Shown here: positions 60,279 through 64,000 of the stretch, piece by piece | Numbering within the stretch: position 1 is the first letter of the stretch | Layout of the letters: each line of letters begins with the position of its first letter | Origin: Acidimicrobiia bacterium | GTDB lineage: Bacteria > Actinomycetota > Acidimicrobiia > IMCC26256 > JAENVU01 | NCBI GenBank assembly: GCA_036502405.1 | Contig: DASXYP010000031.1 | Coordinates: forward strand, 21,799-85,798 | Reading direction: 5' to 3' | Length of the DNA: 64,000 nucleotides | The notes under the pieces: generated by a model | The model's database searches: none | The model's input: only the letters and a program-made list of their open reading frames with translations | Told to the model about the DNA's origin: nothing | Program-made: the position numbers and the translations under genes

Positions 60279-61781
60279 ATGTCGCCCGCCGAGGGCCGGG
60301 GCTACCGTTCCGCCATGGTTGATGACCTCGCTCGCCGTACCTTCCTCCTGGGCCTGGGCGCCGCGGCCGGCGTGGCCCTGACTGCATGCCACCCGTGGCG
60401 CGGCCGTCCGGGCTTCCCCGGTCGCCGGATCCGCCAGCCGGGCGACCGACCCAACCCGTTTCGGGCCGAGGGCAGCGACCTGATCCCCCAGGTCGAGCAC
60501 ATCGTCATCTACATGCAGGAGAACCACTCGTACGACTCGTACTACGGGATGTTCCACCGCGGCGACGGCTACTCCGTCCGCAACGGCGTCCCGACGAACA
60601 GCAACGTGGACCAGGAGGGCCGGACGGTCCGGGTGTCGCATGCGCCGTCCACGTGCCAGCCCGGCCAGGGCGTGTCGCAGAGCTGGTCATCGAGCCACCT
60701 CCAGATCGACGGCGGGAAGATGGACGGCTTCCTGTTCGACGACAACGTGAACGCGATGCACTTCTGGGACGGGACCGACCTCCCGTTCTACTGGTCGCTT
60801 GCGAGCACCTTCCCGCTGTGCGACCGCTGGTTCGCGTCCGCGCCCGCGCAGACCTACCCGAACCGGCTCTACCTGCAGGCCGCGACCTGCCAGGACCTGA
60901 TCGCGACCGACACGACCAAGGTGCTGGCGCTGCCGCACCCCGCCGGCGGGACGATCTGGGACAAGCTCGACGCGCACGGCATCTCCTGGGCCGACTACTG
61001 CTGGGACCTGCCCGACATCGCGCTCTTCCCGAAGACGTTCGGTGCCAACCGCGACAAGGTCCACCTGTTCCAGCAGTTCCTGGACGACTGCAGCACCGGG
61101 TCCCTCCCGTCGGTCTCGATCGTCAGCCCCGGCGTGACCGCGTACTCGGAGGAGAACCCGGCGGACGTCCAGCTCGGTGAGGCGTACACCGCCTCGATCG
61201 TGAACGCGGTCATGGACAGCCCCGCATGGCCCAAGACCGTGCTGTTGTTCATGTACGACGAGCACGGCGGCTACTACGACCACGTCGCGCCGCCGGCCGC
61301 GATCCCGCCGGACGACATCGCCCCCGCGGTGGCCGCGGCACCGAACGCGCCGGCCGCGTGGAACCAGTACGGCCTCCGCGTGCCCGCGTTCGTGATCTCC
61401 CCGTTCGCCAGGCGCAACTACGTCTCGCACGTCGTCCACGACCACACGTCGGTCCTCCGGTTCATCGAGACGAAGTTCAACCTCGGAGCGCTGACCCGCC
61501 GCGACGCGAACGCCGACAACCTCCTCGACTGCCTGGACTTCCATCGGCCCGCGTTCCTGGAGCCGCCCCGGCTCGCGGCGCCCGGCCTCCCCGCGACGGG
61601 GAGCAGCTGCCAGCCCCAGACTCCGCCCCCGCCGACGGCCGCGGTCGCGACCAACGGCGTGAAGACCACCGCGCTCGTGCGCGGATCGGACCGCCGGCTG
61701 CCGAAGCCGATGACGGTCTCCCAGCAGGAGCGGGTCAAGCTGCTCGCTCAGGTGCAGGAGTCCGGCTTCAGCCTGGTCTGA
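60279..61781 (+). CDS. phosphoesterase-family protein (phospholipase C / acid phosphatase AcpA-like), Tat-exported lipoprotein
   Basis: From ORF 60198..61781. It has the Tat motif RRTFLLGLG followed by a lipobox (LTAC). The phosphoesterase core reads IEHIVIYMQENHSYDSYYG...NRLYLQAAT.... The start is ATG 60279 or ATG 60315. Confidence 0.85.
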   Translation: MSPAEGRGYRSAMVDDLARRTFLLGLGAAAGVALTACHPWRGRPGFPGRRIRQPGDRPNPFRAEGSDLIPQVEHIVIYMQENHSYDSYYGMFHRGDGYSVRNGVPTNSNVDQEGRTVRVSHAPSTCQPGQGVSQSWSSSHLQIDGGKMDGFLFDDNVNAMHFWDGTDLPFYWSLASTFPLCDRWFASAPAQTYPNRLYLQAATCQDLIATDTTKVLALPHPAGGTIWDKLDAHGISWADYCWDLPDIALFPKTFGANRDKVHLFQQFLDDCSTGSLPSVSIVSPGVTAYSEENPADVQLGEAYTASIVNAVMDSPAWPKTVLLFMYDEHGGYYDHVAPPAAIPPDDIAPAVAAAPNAPAAWNQYGLRVPAFVISPFARRNYVSHVVHDHTSVLRFIETKFNLGALTRRDANADNLLDCLDFHRPAFLEPPRLAAPGLPATGSSCQPQTPPPPTAAVATNGVKTTALVRGSDRRLPKPMTVSQQERVKLLAQVQESGFSLV

Positions 61782-62014
61782 CGGCGGATCGGAGCCGGCC
61801 GCGCCCCGGGCGCACGAGACGGAGAGGCTCGAGGGCCCGTCACCCCGGTGAGATCGAACCCGCGCACGCCGTACGGCCGCTGCGGACCGTCGGTCGAGCA
61901 CGGCAGCGCGAAGTCCGCCACCGTCCGGTCACCGACGAAGGCCACGTGCACATCCCCGCCCGGGAACGCGCCGGTTCACGGGACCCGTCGCGCGCGGCTG
62001 CCACACTGTTCGGC

Positions 62015-63073
62015 GTGCCCGAAGCCTCCCCGTCGACACCGAGTGACGCGCCCTTCGATGCGCGCGCGCTCGAGCCGTACGGCTGGGACGAGCACTGGGC
62101 CGCCCGCCTCGCCGGGTACCCGGACGCGAAACCGGGGCGCGTGACCCGTCACGACGGCTCCGCGCTTCACCTCGCCACCCCGTCGGGCGTCGTCGTGGCG
62201 CCACTGGCTCGGCGCCTCGACCCGGCTCCGGCGGTCGGGGACTGGATCGCGTGCGAAGGCGGCGAGCCCATCGCGGTCCTGCCCCGCGACTCGGTGCTGC
62301 GCCGGCGCGCCGCAGACCGCGACACGGACCAGGTGCTCGCGACCAACGTCGACGTCGTCTTCCTCGTGTGCGGGCTCGACCGGGTCGTGAAGACCGGCCG
62401 GATCGACCGGGGCGCCACGCTCGCACGGGACGCGGGAGCGACGCCGATCGTCGTCCTGACCAAGGCCGCCCTCGCGTCCGAACCGGAGGTCACTGCGGCG
62501 GAGATCGCCGCCGCGAGCCCCGGCATCGAGGTGATCGTCACGTCGGCGCGCGAGGGCGTCGGGCTCGACGAGCTCCGCGACCGTGCGCGCGGGCAGACGG
62601 TCACGATGCTCGGCGAGTCCGGTGCGGGGAAGTCCAGCTTGGTGAACGCGCTGCTCGGTGAGGACGTGGCCGCGGTCGGCGAGGTCCGCGCCGGCGACTC
62701 CAAGGGCCGGCACACGACCACGGCCCGGGACCTGCACGTGCTCCCGGGCGGCGGTGTGCTCATCGACACCCCCGGCATCCGCGGCGTGGGGCTGTGGGTC
62801 GAGCCCGACGCAGTCGCGGAGACGTTCGCGGACGTCGACGATCTCGCGGTGGACTGCCGCTTCACGGACTGCTTGCACGACACCGAGCCCGGGTGCGCCG
62901 TCACCGCGGCGATCGAGGACGGGCGCCTGGCCCCGGAGCGGCTCGCGGGGTGGCGGGCCCTGCACGACGAGGCGATCACCTCGCCGAACGTCGCGATGAC
63001 CTACGAGGAAGCCCGGCGCGTCAAGGAGCTGGCCCGAAGCACCAGGAGCGCCGAGCGACGCAAGGGTCGCTGA
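62015..63073 (+). CDS. rsgA: ribosome small-subunit-dependent GTPase A
   Basis: GTG 62015 inside ORF 61226..63073. It is a circularly permuted GTPase (LTKAAL, GESGAGKSSLVNAL, DTPGIR). The C-terminal zinc knuckle is CRFTDCLHDTEPGC. Confidence 0.85.
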   Translation: MPEASPSTPSDAPFDARALEPYGWDEHWAARLAGYPDAKPGRVTRHDGSALHLATPSGVVVAPLARRLDPAPAVGDWIACEGGEPIAVLPRDSVLRRRAADRDTDQVLATNVDVVFLVCGLDRVVKTGRIDRGATLARDAGATPIVVLTKAALASEPEVTAAEIAAASPGIEVIVTSAREGVGLDELRDRARGQTVTMLGESGAGKSSLVNALLGEDVAAVGEVRAGDSKGRHTTTARDLHVLPGGGVLIDTPGIRGVGLWVEPDAVAETFADVDDLAVDCRFTDCLHDTEPGCAVTAAIEDGRLAPERLAGWRALHDEAITSPNVAMTYEEARRVKELARSTRSAERRKGR

Positions 63074-63077
63074 CCCG

Positions 63078-63626
63078 TCACGGGGCGTCGCCGGGTCGCA
63101 GGTGCTGGACCCGGCGGATGCGCTCGTCGTCGGGTCCGAGGTATCGGGACAGCGTGCCGACGACCCGGTCGACGTCGAGCGTCCCGGCGGCCGCCATCTC
63201 CTCGAGGTCGGCCCAATCCTGCGTGCGATCGAAGAACGCCTTGAACACCGCGAGGTCCGAACAGGCGAGAAACGGGATGTCCGCCCCTTCGAATCGCTCC
63301 GCCCGGGCCCGGCTCGCGACCTCCACGTGGAAGTCGGTCGTGTTCACGAACACGTCGACCGGGGTCGTGTCCCACCACAGGCGGGATTGGCCGTCGCGTT
63401 CGATCACGGCGCGGTCGTCCGCGCTCCACGTGACGCCGGCCGGCAGAGCCGCGAGGACCTCGCCGGTTCGCGACGTCGCCACGAAGACGTTGAGGTCGAT
63501 GTCGATCGTGCCGCGCGCCCGTTGGGTGCACCAGGCGAGCGCGAGCGCGCCACCGAACGCATGCGGGATCCGATCCGCGTCGAGTGCGCCGTGGATCGCG
63601 ACGATCTTGTCGGCCAGTGAGGTCAT
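63078..63626 (-). CDS. nucleotidyltransferase-fold protein (candidate toxin of a toxin-antitoxin (TA) pair)
   Basis: ATG 63626 inside ORF 63078..63971 (MTSLADKIVAIHGALDADRIPHAFGGALALAWCTQRARGTIDIDLNVF...). It has the minimal NTase signature G-G-x14-D-I-D. It overlaps the upstream HTH gene stop (ATGA). Confidence 0.7.
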   Translation of the reverse strand: MTSLADKIVAIHGALDADRIPHAFGGALALAWCTQRARGTIDIDLNVFVATSRTGEVLAALPAGVTWSADDRAVIERDGQSRLWWDTTPVDVFVNTTDFHVEVASRARAERFEGADIPFLACSDLAVFKAFFDRTQDWADLEEMAAAGTLDVDRVVGTLSRYLGPDDERIRRVQHLRPGDAP

Positions 63627-63937
63627 CGCCGGCCGAACCGGGGGAACTCCAGGGTCTGCGCGTGCCGGGCGGGGAACCTCGATGCGAGGTCGAGCACCTC
63701 GGCCAGCTCGCGGCCCCGCGCCGTGGGATCGGGACCGCCGACCGCCGGGGTCAGCTCGAGCGCGAGGTCGAAGCCCGCGGCCCGGACGATGCGCTCGAGG
63801 GTGTCCACCGTCGGGACCTTCCGGCCCGCCTCGTACGCGGCCAGGGTCGAGTGCGACGTGCGGGCCCGGGCAGCGAGAGCCCGGAGGGTGAGGCCGGCGC
63901 GGCGCCGGGCCATGCGCAGGGTGCGGGCGGCGTCCAT
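63623..63937 (-). CDS. XRE-family helix-turn-helix protein (candidate antitoxin/regulator)
   Basis: 104 aa (MDAARTLRMARRRAGLTLRALAARARTSHSTLAAYEAGRKVPTVDTLERIVRAAG...). Confidence 0.8.
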   Translation of the reverse strand: MDAARTLRMARRRAGLTLRALAARARTSHSTLAAYEAGRKVPTVDTLERIVRAAGFDLALELTPAVGGPDPTARGRELAEVLDLASRFPARHAQTLEFPRFGRR

Positions 63938-63971
63938 GCCAGATGGTATCCGATCGGATACCAGGGGTCAA
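63938..63971 (-). promoter_or_regulatory. candidate promoter with embedded perfect 18-bp palindrome (operator); transcript probably leaderless
   Basis: The minus strand reads TTGACC-CCTGGTATCCGATCGGA-TACCAT-CTGGC-ATG. That gives a -35-like TTGACC, a 17-nt spacer and a -10-like TACCAT (TANNNT), followed 5 nt later by the ATG. The palindrome GGTATCCGATCGGATACC (63945-63962) spans the spacer and the -10 element. Confidence 0.45.
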
Positions 63972-64000
63972 CGGGTGGAATCACCGCCCGGGAGGTCGGC

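Noticed and set aside
61748-61951. A 67-codon minus-strand ORF in the 233-nt gap between the phosphoesterase gene and rsgA (VHVAFVGDRTVADFALPCSTDGPQRPYGVRGFDLTGVTGP...). Its first 45 or so codons have gene-like GC3.
   Set aside because: GC3 bias collapses in the second half. The ORF overlaps the phosphoesterase 3' end by 34 nt. I recognise no family. It may be a gene remnant or chance ORF, and the evidence is too weak to annotate.
1-64000. A scan for tRNA, rRNA, CRISPR repeats, IS elements or transposases, integrases, phage genes and compositional islands.
   Set aside because: I recognised none. The intergenic regions are short (mostly under 130 nt), GC content looks uniform by eye, and no direct-repeat arrays or terminal inverted repeats were seen. 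A tRNAscan, Infernal or ISfinder run would be needed to exclude small elements formally.

Overview
The window is a very GC-rich chromosomal segment (about 70% by eye, not computed) of actinobacterial type. It is densely coding, with about 65 supportable CDS, many joined by 1-4 nt stop/start overlaps (ATGA, GTGA, TGATG). I recognised no rRNA, tRNA, CRISPR array, transposase or integrase. The backbone is housekeeping and matches the actinobacterial pentose-phosphate and heme-A neighbourhood: lutBC, tkt-tal, zwf-pgl, fbiC, a glcDEF-like oxidase, ctaB with a TlpA-like protein and an ABC exporter, a polyprenyl synthase, ctaA, engB and rsgA. The most interesting locus is near the window centre. It is a tightly coupled operon of a circularly permuted ATP-grasp protein, an alpha-E protein and a transglutaminase (31589-34924), followed on the same strand by rmuC and fxsA. 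This triad is conserved and has been predicted computationally to ligate or tag peptides, but as far as I know it has no experimentally defined function. Here the ATP-grasp enzyme also carries a disordered C-terminal tail ending in QAQGQQQ. Other notable items:
- a yybP-ykoY (Mn2+) riboswitch upstream of a UPF0016/GDT1-type exporter
- a SAM-methyltransferase/Mug glycosylase fusion gene inserted antisense between tal and zwf, with opcA absent
- an ApbE plus ferric-reductase-like membrane pair with no recognisable FMN-binding partner
- an orphan PilT-type ATPase with an N-terminal T2SSE_N-like domain, close to a GSDEF-EAL protein
- a WYL regulator divergent from a PhyH-dioxygenase plus membrane spermidine-synthase-like operon
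- a GH43-like protein whose N-terminal module is duplicated as a separate upstream gene
- an XRE-HTH/nucleotidyltransferase toxin-antitoxin-like pair with a perfect 18-bp palindrome inside its promoter
All family assignments come from reading the translated sequences by eye. No database search was run.
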